63,456 nucleotides of DNA, filler included, from Bonamia ostreae (GCA_040357525.1; 39 parts of 39 records of this genome joined end to end with filler, not necessarily neighbours in it); one strand, 5' to 3'; shown: positions 23,323-38,355, counted from the first letter of the whole stretch. Notes: generated by a model not told the origin, from the sequence alone. A program made the numbers and translations.

Positions 23323-24459
23323 ATGAGCTCACTTTTTGATAACATAATAAACAGAGTCAGCAAAAACAACAAAAAACACAGAACACAAAAAGTTCTCGAC
23401 AAAAGAACTTTTTGCCGCGGATGCGGCTTCCACGTTCTCAAAAAAACTTACAAAATCCACAAAAAACTTTTCCGAAATTCCGACGGAATATGGCTCCCCC
23501 ACAATATGCAACCCTCTAGACAAAAAATCAACAAACGTTTTCACAAAAAAATTACAAAGCTTTAAATCTCTTAAAGTCCGAAGAAATGGACAAAATTAAA
23601 AAAATGGGCAAAATTAAAAATGCCGAAAAACGACAAAAATCGAAGAAAATTTACAAAAATTTTTGTGCGTTCTGTGGAAATTGCTGCATCGACGGAGAAT
23701 GCAAATTCGACGACAAAAATTTTTTCGAAGAACAGATTTTGCATTTTTGCTGTCTTTTCGCACAAAATTCAAACTTTCTCGACCAAATTATTCTTCACAA
23801 CAAATGCGAATATTGTCAAAACGAGCACTTTCACGTTTTTTTAGAAAAAAACCGTTTTAGTTTTGCCTCGAAAAATCGAAGGAGAAATCGAACTGCGCCA
23901 ATTGCGCTTCCAAGTTTCACAGCGTCAAAGATTGCAAAGAGCAAAAAATCGAAACATTTTACGCAAAGTCCGAAATGAGGCTTCCAAAAAAATTGGCTTT
24001 TTCGGAAGCGAAAATCAGTTTGATTGATTTGCCGATCGACCAAAAAAGTCGTCCAGTTCCTTCTTTCCAAAACAACTTTTTGGAGTCGATTAACGATTTT
24101 GTTCTGAAAAGTTCGTTCGAATCGCGAACGCAAAAACGCAAAAACACAGCTTTGGAAACTTCGCATAAACTAAAAAGACCGAAAAATTTTTATTTCAATC
24201 GGTTTGGAATGCCGCTTATCAGTGCTCGAGATTGTTCTGTTTTGGAAGACGAAGTTGTGAAAGAAAGTGGAAAGACATTAAAGATTGCGCATCGATCGAA
24301 AGATGGCGGTGCGGTGGGTTTGAAGGACAGTTTTAAATTGGATTTCGAAGAATCAAAGTTCATGGAAGGACCCGAGAATCCGCTTGCGAGGAAAAAGGAA
24401 GATATTTTGTTTAAAGAGAAAAATGGGAAAATCGATATTACGACAACCGGCCAGCCCGA
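23323..24459 (+). CDS. Cys/His-rich zinc-knuckle protein (possibly Air1/2-ZCCHC7-like), 3' partial
   Basis: Three track ORFs are joined by introns 23537-23559 (23 nt) and 23835-23860 (26 nt). The spliced product has an exact CCHC knuckle CANCASKFHSVKDC plus other CxxC clusters. Confidence 0.6.
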
Positions 24460-24618
24460 NNNNNNNNNNNNNNNNNNNNNNNNNNNNNNNNNNNNNNNNN
24501 NNNTTAATTAATTAANNNNNNNNNNNNNNNNNNNNNNNNNNNNNNNNNNNNNNNNNNNNTGGAAATTTTTGTTTTGAATTTTAATGGAAAATTTTAGCAT
24601 CTTAATTTTTATCGCAAT

Positions 24619-24876
24619 TTAATGTTTAAAATTATTTTTAATTATAAAAATAACATTTTTACAGTTACCACAATAAAGATCGATAAAGTTTGCATTTTTG
24701 TAATAGTAAAATCCAATTTTACCGTCATATTTCATCGCAAAATTTATCAAACCGACCGAATAAATTCCGTTTACTTCGTCAAAAAGAATCCAAAACGGAA
24801 ATAAAAACAGAGAAAATCCTAAAATCACCACAAGATAATTTATAACCATACTTGAAATCACTGCAAAAGTTTTCAT
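24619..24876 (-). CDS. Membrane protein N-terminus, claudin/PMP22-like (tentative)
   Basis: N-terminal TM helix followed by a W...GL motif (PFWILF...SVGL). A probable donor follows YCG. Confidence 0.35.
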   Translation of the reverse strand: MKTFAVISSMVINYLVVILGFSLFLFPFWILFDEVNGIYSVGLINFAMKYDGKIGFYYYKNANFIDLYCGNCKNVIFIIKNNFKH

Positions 24877-25119
24877 ACTTAACTTGAATTGTCAATTTTA
24901 GTGTGTAGTTGTTAAACTTACTTCTTTTTTGTTTTTAACGATTTTTTCTAAGCAATATTAAAAAGAAGCGAAAATTTTAAGAAAATAAAAAAGTTTAATA
25001 TTTTTGCTTTAAGATAACGAGGAGGGGACATTTTTAAAATCTAATTTTTTGTTTATCAAAAATAGTTCAAAAAGCGTTATAAAATAAATATGTGAATTGA
25101 ATGATTACATAGTTTATAA

Positions 25120-25443
25120 TCAATATAGTTCGACTGATTTCCTTATCAGAGGTTCTGTTTCTGAATCCGAGGAATTTTCTTTAGTTTTATTTTTATCTAC
25201 TGTTTCTACTTTCTGGGATATTATTTCATAACAACGTTTAGAAATCAAAATAAATATTGAAGAAAGAAAGATAAGTGTTGAAAATAGACACAATAAACCT
25301 ATTTCCAAAGCTAGATCAATAGAATTCCAGTATGTATATATGACAACATATCCCACAGAAAAAATTATCACAGATACAATTAAGAATCCGTAAGAGGCAA
25401 TTTGTGCTATCTCCCAAAAATTCTTATCCTTATTTTCTTCCAT
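25120..25443 (-). CDS. Two-TM small protein with an acidic dileucine-like motif (107 aa)
   Basis: Complete ORF with two hydrophobic helices and a tail SETEPLI ([DE]xxxL[LI]). TAGCTC lies upstream. Confidence 0.6.
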   Translation of the reverse strand: MEENKDKNFWEIAQIASYGFLIVSVIIFSVGYVVIYTYWNSIDLALEIGLLCLFSTLIFLSSIFILISKRCYEIISQKVETVDKNKTKENSSDSETEPLIRKSVELY

Positions 25444-26679
25444 TCGTTTTTATTATTTAGCAGATTTGATTGCTTTTCTTATTATTCGAGCTATTTAAAA
25501 AGGTCTGTTTATTCGTATTTATAAAATCTAAACCGCTTTCCTAATAATTATACAAATATGAAAAATTAGTATTTCGGACACATAACGAAAAAATCTTGCT
25601 GCTTTGGTATATTTACAAAAATTATTTTGGTTTTGTTTTTAATTTATTAAAAATTCTAATTAAAATTTAGCATTTACAAATAAAAGCAAATTTAGCCGTA
25701 CCGCTTGATCATCAAATAACTAAAAATACTATTTTATCGGTAAAAAATAGACAATTTCTGAAAGAAGAAAAGACAATTAGGTAAATTATTGGTCATTTCC
25801 ATCTTTTTCAATAGAAATTATTGTTTTGTCAGAATATTTTGAAACAAAGCTAAAAAAATTATTATAAAAAATTTCTGTCGTAAAACAACCATTAACGAGT
25901 CGTATAAACTATTCAAGAATTATAACAAAATCAACAAGAATTTAGAGCTCCCAAATTTTGAAGAGAGATTGTAGGCAACAATAAGGAGCCTTTTATAGAA
26001 ACCATAAGAAGAATAAATCATAATGACTTAATTTAATTTTCTAAAACAATGGCAAGTTACTGTTGAAAAATCAAGAAAACAAAATTCTATATTNNNNNNN
26101 NNNNNNNNNNNNNNNNNNNNNNNNNNNNNNNNNNNNNTTAATTAATTAANNNNNNNNNNNNNNNNNNNNNNNNNNNNNNNNNNNNNNNNNNNNGAAAATA
26201 TGCAAACTTTCAGTATCCGGCTTGTGAATAGCGAAATCCATGTTTTCATATATTTTGGTGTCGAATTTGGTCACTAATCGAGACATTTGTTAAAAGATTC
26301 ACTCAAAAGAAGATGTATTTTACATATTTTTGAGTATTCTTCTGATATATTCCAGGAATGGTTTTCGCAGTATCTTAAAAAAAATTAAAACTTGGCGACA
26401 GCATCTTCTAGGAATTGTACGAAGTATATGGGGAGGAATGGATTCGCTTTTTAATTCATACTAAGTAAGGATTCTAATTTGAAAATCGTGATTAGTTAAT
26501 TGCAAGTATTTTTAATGAAGATTTAAATTTTATCATGATGTGTTCCCCGGGACCCCAGAGGTTGGACAAAACTACTAGAAGTATCCATAGTTTCACAACT
26601 ATTCACCTCTACTTTTGCACATCTTGGATATCAATTGAATGCAGGGTTACAAAAAGCATAATGCTCTACCATAACTGTG

Positions 26680-26910
26680 CTTTTCCTGACACCCAGGGCT
26701 GGGGTTCTGTTTCCAGAACGGGTCCAAAGTAGTTACACAGTGAAAATGTAATAAATTTCGAAAATCGTCTTTACTGCAACTCATGCATAGTAAGGGATAC
26801 GAAGAGGCCGTGTAAGAATATTGTGTGTTTTCATAATCCCGTGGGCAGTGTTTCTTGCAGTTTCGGTCTTCAAGATGGGGCCAAACTGTACATATAGTGA
26901 AGATGTTCTA
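26680..26910 (+). repeat. Degenerate oyster Cg170-like satellite/Helentron-associated units (host)
   Basis: Two decayed units with recalled hallmarks TTC.TGACxCCC.GGGC.GGGGTTCT...CATATAGTGAA.ATG...AAAATCxTCT. Confidence 0.5.
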
Positions 26911-29900
26911 AATGAAAGGTGAATATAAACGAAAGTGATCAATCTCATAACTTAGAAAATATATACTCTTCTACATCTTGAAATATAGCAAACTGGATGC
27001 TTGGTGAGGAAGAGCATAATTCTGTATCTCCTGACTTAGGCCATAGGGTGGAAATTAGTTGGTAAAATTTTGGAAACATATTATAATTTTGAAAATCTTC
27101 TCTATTCATGGATAATTACTTCCAAAAAATACTACTACGATAAACATTTAGCCTTCTGTCAACATTTGAAAATTATAGCTCCCGGACATATCATTCATTC
27201 TCCCGGGTACGTGGTTCAAGCGCAGGGTCAGGGTTTCTATACATAAAACATGATCTGTATTTTTAATATTCCTCTGTTCCGAATGAAAATATATCAGGCA
27301 AACTGTTTGCAAAGATACAAGAGTATTTAACCCTAAAAGACATTCATGAATTCATGGCTACTTGGTTGATAGTTCTATCCCCGGGTTGTCTCTTAAGTCA
27401 GTCATTCATGGAAAATACATTTTGTCTTTGAAAATCTTTACTCGTGAATGTTTAACAAGCAATCCACTTCAAAAATATGATAAAAACATGTATGACTTAT
27501 ATATGATAAATGTAAAAGTTGAAACAAGTTTCCAGCAGCTAGTTATTTTTCACCTCAACAAATAAGTAGCTATTGTAGTTGTAAACCTGTCATCTATTAT
27601 TGACAAGAAGATATGAATATAGAACAAAAGGGACTTTTTATCACATTGTAAATAGACTTGGATTAGGATCTCCCAAACTTACATGTAAAGATATACTGTG
27701 CTAATTATAATCATTATGATGATCAANNNNNNNNNNNNNNNNNNNNNNNNNNNNNNNNNNNNNNNNNNNNTTAATTAATTAANNNNNNNNNNNNNNNNNN
27801 NNNNNNNNNNNNNNNNNNNNNNNNNNAAAAAATAAACAGTTTGCTAACAGAGAACCATAATACAGCTGTACATATAACAGGGTCAAACTGAAATATAAAG
27901 ACATACCATACTTACGAGATAATTCAAGGATTCTTCCTCGATCACCCAAGATCTGTAGATATTTCAAAAGATATACGGTGTATTTAATAATTTACTTAGA
28001 CACATGTCAGTACGTCATCTTATATTATGTAACATCATAATGTACATGTAGGCATAATTGAAAATTACAGTTTTGTTTTAAATCATGTTGATATTTATCT
28101 TTTCACAAAGATATAAAATGTTAATCTGTCATTTTGATAACGTGATAAATTATGTAAATACATACTTTGAAATACTTACATCTACATAGAATGTAGATAT
28201 GAAAAATAAGATGCAATTCATTATCACTGTTATAACAACAAAAATGACCAACACCAGCACAGCTTTGTAACATAACGACATGTCCCACTGCTTTAAACTG
28301 ATATAGTATAGTTATGTGGCCAGGTAGATAATCATTTCAATCCTTGCTAAATACAAGGTTATCTGCATGTCAACTCCTTACGGCAGATTATTGCTTAAGT
28401 ACACTATATAATGATTTATGTACAATTATATGTGATTTTAATTTTCCTAGTATTTGTGATTTTAAAATGATAAAACTGTGTAATCATAATCTGATTTGAT
28501 ATCAAATACTTGGTGAAATACGGGGGAGGGGTGGGTGAATGGGAATGAACTTCGCTGTGTTGTAGGTTACACATATTTGGATCAGCATTCATCCAAAAAG
28601 TACGGATATACAAGTACTTTTCCATAAATTCAGTGAAATAACCCAGTTTCCAATTACTAAACTCTAGTACTTAAAAAGTATGTCTACCCAACTGGATAAA
28701 CAGTAATGATTTAATATGATGACATCGGTCAGGTATGAAAATACTGATCTAGCTGTAAGCACAAACCTTCGTTGATTTGGTTGTAATTTGCGAAATTTGT
28801 GTGGGGATAAGTTCCATAATTTTTTGGGACATTTTGTTCGACGCCTATGAATGAAATGTAATTTGCTAACACATAAAGTTGAATATAGCCATGGTGTAAA
28901 GTCAATCATTTTTAATTGAAATTTAGAAGTATATTTTTAACTATTTAATTCAGTTTGAGCATTGGACTTTTAAAAACAAAAAGATAATTTCCATCACAGT
29001 TGAGAGATATAAAGATTGTCACTATCTGAACATATACATATTTGATAGTCCACTGAACGTATGTGATAAAAGGAGACTATCATTATTGGTTACACAAAAC
29101 TCTGCACACGTATCAAAGTTCATTGAGTTAGAATAAAGTTTACACTGTTCAATCAAATAGACAAGAAGGCTGCTTCGATGTTTCTATTCGACCACATGAG
29201 AGGTATTACTAATGCTATAAAACTCCACCGGGGTGTTAAAGTTTTCAATTATTTATGGAATGTAAGCAGAGGGAAAGAATGACTGACCAGAGAAGTGATT
29301 ACTACGAAAAAGTAGCGATTTTGTTTCTCTTTGTCTTCTATTTCAGGAAATGTCTAAANNNNNNNNNNNNNNNNNNNNNNNNNNNNNNNNNNNNNNNNNN
29401 NNTTAATTAATTAANNNNNNNNNNNNNNNNNNNNNNNNNNNNNNNNNNNNNNNNNNNNTACACCGGCGTCGATTCAGACGGGCGACGATTTGCGGTGTAA
29501 CGGGGGGGGGGGGTCTATTTAAGTTGGGAAGTATCTCTTAACGTAAAGAAATATCTCCTTTTTTGTACAGAGATATACCTTTATATATCTTTACCATAAG
29601 AGATATCTATATATGTATTTAAATTATAGATATATAATCCGAATAAATAGTAATACGGCTTGAGATATTCGTATACGAGACCTTGAAAATATTAACTTGA
29701 ATAAGACTTTTTTCAAAAACAAGATATACATTTTACATGTATCTCTTTAAGCGTCCAAAAATAGAAATATAAAATATCTCTCAAAGTTAACGAGACATCT
29801 CACTAAATTATCTTCATTCTGATTGCATGTATACAGGTATCTCTCAAAGTTAGAGATCTCTTTTTATGAAGATCTGTAATGAAATATCGTATTCATCCAT

Positions 29901-29987
29901 TTACATCGATACTGAAATATCTCTTTTACATCGATACAGATATATTTCTGAACGAAAAGGAATCGTTAAAAGTTAGGAAGATATTTA

Positions 29988-30043
29988 TTCACCGTAAAGA
30001 AATAGCGTTTACGCTTCACCGTAAAGAAATAGCGTTTACGCTT
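29988..30043. repeat. 27-bp tandem duplication inside an AGATATCT-rich repetitive tract
   Basis: TTCACCGTAAAGAAATAGCGTTTACGC occurs twice. Confidence 0.85.
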
Positions 30044-33000
30044 AAGAGATATCTGTGATAGTTACATAAATATATTTTCAAACCCATAGAGATATCTCTA
30101 AAGAGATATCTAATTTAAAGAAATTCTTTTCATTGTTTTGATAAATGTCAAAACAACTTCCCATCAAATTACTAGTTGTAGCTGAAGTTAAACAACCCAT
30201 CGTTTCTAGTACACTGACAATAGCTGATAATAGACTGAATTGAAAATTAGGAGAGTAAATTGCCTATTTTCCGATTACGCACCAGACCCAATTGTCCATG
30301 AACTTTTAGGCATGCCCTCATATAATCTCGCTTATTGAGACACAATTTGCGTAAATGGGGAATAAAGCAAAGCTACGATCAAAGCCATGCAGATATCATA
30401 ATAATTATGAAAACAAGTCACGTTTTTTATGTCTCGTTTCATTATTATTGTTATTTTAATTCAAAGCACAGCTTGGGTTTTATTATGCAATGTATCATTA
30501 AATTGCACATTCACACTTTTGCGAATGTAAAAAGTAGAACAGATTTTCATGTAGAAGTCAGTCTCGTGCCCTAAGGTTAAGAAACGACCATCTCGCTGTT
30601 TCTCAACAAGAAAACGACCCAGAATAATAGAGTGTCGGGTTTAACCACTATTTAAAGTGGTTTATTTTAGTGAACATGATATTTATTGAGGGTGTCGATT
30701 CAGATTGTGCAGGGTTTTTGTAATTACATAACATTCAAGTCATTGTGTGTCTGGTAATATCAATTTCATTTCTCTGGCATGGTGCCACGTATACATCGGT
30801 AGATGCGCGCACATAACACACCCTGAACAGTTATATAACCCATCTATTTGGGGGAAAGTGCGAATTCAAATTTGGGGTTTTTTTTCGGTTACAAACATAT
30901 TACACAACTGACTGTCATAGCCAGTCTGCCTCTTGCTGTCCACGTTTGTCTTTAGCTGGCTCTGTACATCACAGAATGTCAGGAAAAAGNNNNNNNNNNN
31001 NNNNNNNNNNNNNNNNNNNNNNNNNNNNNNNNNTTAATTAATTAANNNNNNNNNNNNNNNNNNNNNNNNNNNNNNNNNNNNNNNNNNNNAATTGGACTCA
31101 CTGGTCGGCTCTCAGCTCCCCCACAAAAGCTTTTCTCTGCGGCCTTTACCAACATACTTATATTGTGTGTTTTGCTGCATTCATACGATTCAATAAAGTA
31201 TAAACCTTACACTTGTGTTGTCAGTCATACTACCAAAGGATGGTATTTATGCTTCCCTGAATTATCAGGTCATGTGTACTTCTTTTTCATTAATTCATAT
31301 ACGTATAGTTCAGTACAAAGACAGATTTATCCGCATAAAAATATATCCGATTATTGTAATTGCTGCTTTGATTGATATCATTGTCCAAAGAATTCTGATG
31401 ATGGCCATCTGTGTTAACCCCTATGTCCTTCAGAATATCTTTCATTGTCACACATCATGTCAAATTATTAACTCTTAAATTCAAAGTTTATTTAGCGCAG
31501 AGTGATATCTTTTTATTTTTAAACTACAAAGTTAATCTAGATTGATGTTTATGTAGAGTATCATTTATACTTGCTATTTAGGTTTGTTGTGATACCTTGA
31601 AGTTCAAGTGATGCTGTATTTATTGAATTATTTCTGATCCTTGGGACTGGATACTACAATGGACATGATGATGCCATCTTGACCAGAGGACTGACCAACA
31701 GGTATTGACCAGTTGCTGATAGTAATGAACAGTATCCATAGCCCGGGTATACATTCGGCGATTTTATCAACTTGACGCCTCTTATGTGCTAATGCCTTGG
31801 ACCATTTGCTGAATTTGCTAAATATGAACTATTGTAACGTTGTGACTTGTTATATTCTAAGTGTGTTCTGAAATCTTGATGAACACACTTCTTAAACTAT
31901 TCTTCTAGATTAAGTTGACCAAAGTCTTTGAAATTTTCGTTGTTTCTGTTAAATCTCAACAATTGATCAGATATATGTAATTATCTTTTTCGCTTGCAAA
32001 TTCAATATTTTTGATCGCCAAATGCTTTGTTTTTCTAATCCTTTCTGTGCATGCCTAATGCATACCTTTTAAAGAATGTAGCATTGATCTTGTCATAGCG
32101 TGAAGTACCGGCTTTGGCAAGTGCTGAATATACATCAGTAACTTTGTCAATCAAAACGCTTTGAAACAAAGTTGTCCAAACAACTTGTGGTCATTTCAAA
32201 TTATCGGCGACTATATCAAATTGAGGAAAAAAATATATCTACTGATTTTTCTTTAAATTTTGGAACTCACCTGATATTTTTAGCAGCATCAAATGTAGTC
32301 ATTACAGACAAATGTCCAGATCCACGCTGCAAATTTAGGAGTAATTCTCCGTAAACATCAACATTTCTTTAGTAGTCATGTATAGGTATCCTTACCAATT
32401 TCGCTGAAATTTCACATATAGTGGTTATTTTATATTCTCTCACGTTCGCACCAAAATTAGTCATTGAGGTGTCCTTGCCTGTCCTTGCCTGTCCTTGCCA
32501 CAGTAACAAGAACACCTTCAAAATGGTTCCTAAGATGCTTTAAAATCCTCTATTGTGGCGTCTTTTCTATTAAAGAAAACATATGTTTTTGAGGGACGGG
32601 TGCACGAATGCCTTTATTGNNNNNNNNNNNNNNNNNNNNNNNNNNNNNNNNNNNNNNNNNNNNTTAATTAATTAANNNNNNNNNNNNNNNNNNNNNNNNN
32701 NNNNNNNNNNNNNNNNNNNCGCATTGACAAACAGAGATAATAATACTTCGTTAGTCAATCATATTGAGCACATGTGCATTTATGTCCTTGTAAGTAATTC
32801 AATATATACCTATACAGAACTATTACATCACTTTTCTTTATCTGCACCAGTTCATGAAAAAAAACTTAGTTATTGATATATATACATATATGATACACTG
32901 GTGTGTGTTGTGTAGCTGTTTCTTGTAGATATGGAACACATATGTACTATGTGCGTCTGTTATCGAAATGATGACATGTAGTGTCTGTTGGTAGATTTGC

Positions 33001-35222
33001 ATGCAATATTTTCCATGTCAAACTGATTATTTCATAGTACGTACTGCTTTACATTTTTACTTGTAGCAACCACAAACTATGAATTGATGACTAATTCATT
33101 GAAGATTATATTTTTAGTGATATCAAGATGTTTCAGAAAGTTTTGGGGTTTTTTTGCCCAGATTGGGTGTCTTTTTTTCCCATATCTCTGGACCCTACTT
33201 AGTTTCCATATGTAATTGTGTATCAATACATTAACATACTAAGTTATTTGATTTTGATTATTTTTTATTTTAGTTCATATTTAAGGCACAGGTTAGAAAT
33301 GGCAAAGAGAGAACAACCTGTTATGAAGGTAAATTGTATAATACTGTTATAGTTCTGTCTTATTTTTTTCAGTATTGTGTAATCACTCTTTTGGTGATTT
33401 TTAATTGTTAATGAAAACTAGTTATAATTGTAATAAGGACCATTACAGATGTTCTCCAAATGTTTCCCATTTACCTAGTGGTGCCAATTTCTGTTGAATT
33501 GTTCAATCTTTACTTTAATGAAGTAGTACAGTATAACTTTCATTTTCTTTCCTTGAGTTATAAGAGAGCTATGTAGTTGAAGCATTATCCAACCAAAATC
33601 AACTGATACAATACATACACCTGCTGGTCAGTAATATTAACTATGTGAATCAGTTAAGCATCTGAATAGATATCTACAGTATAGTTGAAACTCTTTCTTT
33701 TAGATGTTTAAGCATTATTCATTTAAAATTAAGTAAAAATACATGCATGTTGATAGAAGTGAATTTGATCGTGTCAATAAATTAAGCCTCTCATTTATAT
33801 GCGTGCACTTGTATTATTTATTCCATAATGAACAAAATCAGTTATTGACATTTAAGTTAATCCAATCAAAATACAACACACATACTTGCATGTGTTGTAA
33901 GTGATTTTGACCATGAATATTAGTAGAGAGTCCTAAGATATATCTACAACCTAAATTTCATCACATTATGATTTTATTAAAAACTAAAAATATTATAGGC
34001 AAATACTTGATTTTAGACATTTGAAAAGATATACACTGCACATACATTTTCGATTAGGCAATTTTTGATTACATCAATTATTAGGCATTCCTAAACCTGC
34101 AGTTTAAATTTCCATTCGATCGCAGTCTTTAATTCATGATAAAGTTATGGTCATTTTAGTGCCATGAAGTTGAAAGAAAAACAATGGACGAACATCCATG
34201 CATACACGAGCATGGCTACACTTGTGCTAATGCAAGGTGAAGATAACGNNNNNNNNNNNNNNNNNNNNNNNNNNNNNNNNNNNNNNNNNNNNTTAATTAA
34301 TTAANNNNNNNNNNNNNNNNNNNNNNNNNNNNNNNNNNNNNNNNNNNNCCATCCATCGCTATCATCGAAAAGGCAACCTAGATTATCGCTCATTTGGTTG
34401 TACAAATAATTACCAACGATTACAATAACAAATAACCCGAAAATTCCCACAAAATAACTAAAAGTAGTCGAAGATACAGCTTTATCATTAAAATGAGCTT
34501 CTTGGTCGTTTCTCTTCCGAGAAATAGCCGTAAAAAGGTTTTCCACAGCTATTTTTATTTAAAGTGATAATATTAAAATTTGTAAAATTAAAAATTTTCG
34601 AGTTTTTGCAAATTTAAACAAGGATCGTCAGGTATAAAAAGTCCATTACTTTTGCTTTGGAATGCCAATTTAAAAAGATTAATTCCGTCTGTTTCGGAAT
34701 TTGCTGTTTGAAATGATCTCTCAATATATATTTCGTCTTAAAATTTGAATTTTAAAAATTAGTGAAATTTGGCTGATCGAATTTAAAATTTCATAAAATT
34801 TAAAAACCAATTCTTTCGGGTTCGAAGATGCCATAAATATTAGTCCAATATAAATTGTTTTTTTCTATAAAATTTTAATTGAAACCATCTCCGAAATTTT
34901 CAAAATTAAAATTCCAATCTTTGAAACAATCATAACGATTATCGTTAATTAAGTCTTGGCATGCGGCCATTTCTTTCCGCAAATTTTTGGTTTCCTTGCT
35001 TACAAAAAGATTTGCTGACATTATAATAGATCTATATGCAATTTTTTAATAATTTTGTTTTATGGCTTATCCACATTGTTAATATCTATGATATAATAAA
35101 TTTTATTATTATTCTATTCGAAAGTTTTATTGTTATTAACTTTCAGTTTGCTCAAATTTTTTATCAAAAAATTAGTAAAAGACAAAAAAATTAAAATTTG
35201 AAAAATTGGTAAAGACAAAAAT

Positions 35223-35831
35223 TTAGCCATAGCAACCACTGTTATTGTCAAAATACATTTTTTTCTGATTACCAATCCTCATTTTTTCCTCACAACTGCA
35301 ATCTTCACTTTCCGCTTTTTGTAAATAACTTTTCTTTGCAAAAGTTTCGTTATCGTTATTGCCATTACAATTGTTTACATTATTAAAATCACTTTCATTG
35401 TTAAAATTATTTGCGTTATTGTTAAAATTCTTCTCACCGCAATTTTTATTAAAATGATAAGAGTTGTCTTCATTACTCGCAAAATAATTGTTTTTCTCGT
35501 TATTTCCGTAGATTAATTCTTCACAATTACCTTTTTCAAAAGATTTTCCCAAGTACTTTTCTTCAGATTTGTGGTCACAATGAGTGGGGGTATGTAATAT
35601 GTCTTTCCGATCATAAAAATGGTGTTCGTGTTCTACGTAACGATCGGTGTGATGATGGTAGTGGTGAATGTTGTGGTGGTGTATGTGTTCTGTGTAATAA
35701 TTATATGACTCTGAAGATTCTGATGTTGTCGGTTTATATTTTTTGTCTTTCTCTTCTTCCTCTTCCACTTTGTTACAATAATTGCTGTTATTCATGTTAT
35801 TACCGTTCTCAATAATTTTTGTTTGACGCAT
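35223..35831 (-). CDS. Protist low-complexity protein (Asn- and His-rich), first exon
   Basis: 202-aa open frame from an ATG with HIHHHNIHHYHHH and poly-Asn tracts. No domain recognised. Confidence 0.55.
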   Translation of the reverse strand: MRQTKIIENGNNMNNSNYCNKVEEEEEKDKKYKPTTSESSESYNYYTEHIHHHNIHHYHHHTDRYVEHEHHFYDRKDILHTPTHCDHKSEEKYLGKSFEKGNCEELIYGNNEKNNYFASNEDNSYHFNKNCGEKNFNNNANNFNNESDFNNVNNCNGNNDNETFAKKSYLQKAESEDCSCEEKMRIGNQKKMYFDNNSGCYG

Positions 35832-38355
35832 TTTTAACTAATTTTGGATTTTATATGACTAAATTTTCAATAAAAANNNNNNNNNNNNNNNNNNNNNNNN
35901 NNNNNNNNNNNNNNNNNNNNTTAATTAATTAANNNNNNNNNNNNNNNNNNNNNNNNNNNNNNNNNNNNNNNNNNNNTTTCACTTTTTTTTTTATATATTA
36001 TTGTTAGTTTTTTTTTTTATTTTTTTTTATTATTTTTTTATTTTTTTTTAATTTTTATTGATTTTAGTTGTTTTTAGTTTGATTACTTTGGGTTATTTTG
36101 ATTTTTAATTGTTTTTTTGATTTATTTGATTGTTATATTTTCGTTATATTGAGCTTTATTTGGTTTTTATAGTTATGATTTTTATCTTAATGTTTGAAAT
36201 GTTTTTTTTTTAGTTAATTTGGTGTAAATGATGTTTGGAATTATTAGCTGTGGATTGGCCTAATTTTTTGATTAATTCTACTTTTTTGTTTTTGTATGCT
36301 TTTGTTTTTTTTAGTATATTGTGGTTTTTTATAAAATTTATTAATTTTTTTATTAAACACGTCAGACAGGTTTTTTTTTATTTGTTTTTTTAAATAAAAT
36401 AATAAAAACGACCGTAGAATTTGTGAAATGCCTACTTTTAACGAGACCGTTGAAATCCCTGTAAGTTCATCTTAATAGTCAGTAGCCTGTCTAGATTTTA
36501 AAACACATGTCATGCTTTCGCATACCGAATCAGTTGTGAAACAAGAACACCAATTGCAAGTGATTTACACTATTACCACATAATTATGAGAAGATTACAA
36601 TGGGGAACGTGATATATCTAAATGATGAGTTGAAAGCCACAACAGAATAATTTTGCTCTCATGTAGAAGCTTTTCAATTGATTTTGCCTCATCAGAATAA
36701 AAAAGGTCAGCTAATTAAGGGGAACAATTCATGCCCATGGAATGCCAAAAATCTGTTGGATGAGCTGATCACAAAAGATAACATAGACACAGGGTGTCCC
36801 AGAATATTTTATACCGTTTTCAAACCATGCCATTAAATAATAAAAGTTGTAATCTCTAGCTCGTTCATAAAAAAAAATATGCTGAAAACTTCGGAATGAT
36901 ATACATGTACAATCATGTACATTATGATGTCACAAAATTGCATAATTTCTATATGATCAAACCGAATTTCATCAATGATTAGTTCGTCAAGGGAACTGGC
37001 TTATTGTGTTTTAAAACTGTATAACAAGATTTTTCCAATAGTCGTCAGATTGTATCAATCGGTATCCGTAAAATACAAAGTTAATTTAAATATTACTATN
37101 NNNNNNNNNAACGATAGAATAAAAACTCCTCACAGATCTGTTAGAAAAGTGTCAAATTATGTGAGCGACAGTTACATGCAGAATATCAAGCATGTACAGA
37201 TTCTTAAAACTTGATTAATTGATTGTATATTCTCTTATGTCGCACTAGATAGTTTTAAGTCATATCGGGGCGTTCTTAAAATTTGATCTTAATGTTTGAT
37301 CCCCATATAGAAAACTTATTATGCAACATCTCAAACAAAGTGATGTTCAAAGTTGCCTTACGTATGCACAATGCAGAAAGAACAACATTCAAGTTGTTGA
37401 TGACATTTTGTTTCTGGTGAAGCATATGTCTACCTAAACGGGATCGTAAATAAGAGCAATGTGTGTTACTGGGGTAGTGAGAAACCAATCTGTATCTGGA
37501 GAANNNNNNNNNNNNNNNNNNNNNNNNNNNNNNNNNNNNNNNNNNNNTTAATTAATTAANNNNNNNNNNNNNNNNNNNNNNNNNNNNNNNNNNNNNNNNN
37601 NNNAACGACCATAGAATTAGCGAAACTCTGACTTTTTGTTCTTTTCAACAATCATCCTATTTTTGTTGCTACTTGTATTATGATATATTGTGTATGACAT
37701 TTTAGAGGGTTGTCATGGGTAACCATTGGAATGGGCATATGCATTATATATCCACCATACTTATCCACCGTACATTTAATATTAAATAGCTGTTAAAGTC
37801 CACCTTTTTCATCCTATGTATTTGACAAGGTCTCTTGTTTTGAATGTACGTCTCTCCGTAATATATTGATATTTTCCTGTGCAATTGCTCATTTGGACTC
37901 CCAAAAATCGATTGTCCATAAGGATTACGTACAACCCATACTTAAATGAGTTGCCAATAATTTTGTTCTAGATGTTTTACATACAATTAGCCTTCATTTA
38001 TTTACTGAAAAACGTAAGCATTTATTAAGTCTTACTAGATTTTGGCAGCTTGTTTCGGAGCAGTTTCCATGTGGTGATGCGAACATTTGTTTTCTCTGTT
38101 AAAGGAATAACACATTATACATAAATGTACATAGTCACATTGTCACTGGTATAGAAAACTCTTAATTGTTTTGTTTTACGTTATACCGGGTCATGTGACC
38201 GTTTAATTTAATCAATTAGCTTTCATATCTGTATATATCTGACACACAAACTAACATAATTACATATCAAATGTCTGATTGAAATCACCTGTACAAAACA
38301 TTTAGATGTTTATTTTTTAAAACAGTTGATTTTATGGAATTGTAAACTCACAAAC

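Noticed and set aside
23663-23860. Frame reading TDFAFLLSFR, resembling an eIF4E-binding motif
   Set aside because: It lacks the Tyr of YxxxxL-phi, and the overlapping Cys-rich frame is the one that splices cleanly into the CCHC knuckle exon.
31900-32360. Possible L1/Tx1 ORF1 remnant on the minus strand
   Set aside because: Only scattered short resemblances with many stops; too weak to call.
35977-36400. Extremely T-rich, C-poor tract resembling mitochondrial, pan-edited or bisulfite-converted DNA
   Set aside because: No recognisable ORF or RNA. It sits at a contig end and grades into ordinary host sequence, so low-quality or low-complexity sequence is the most likely explanation.
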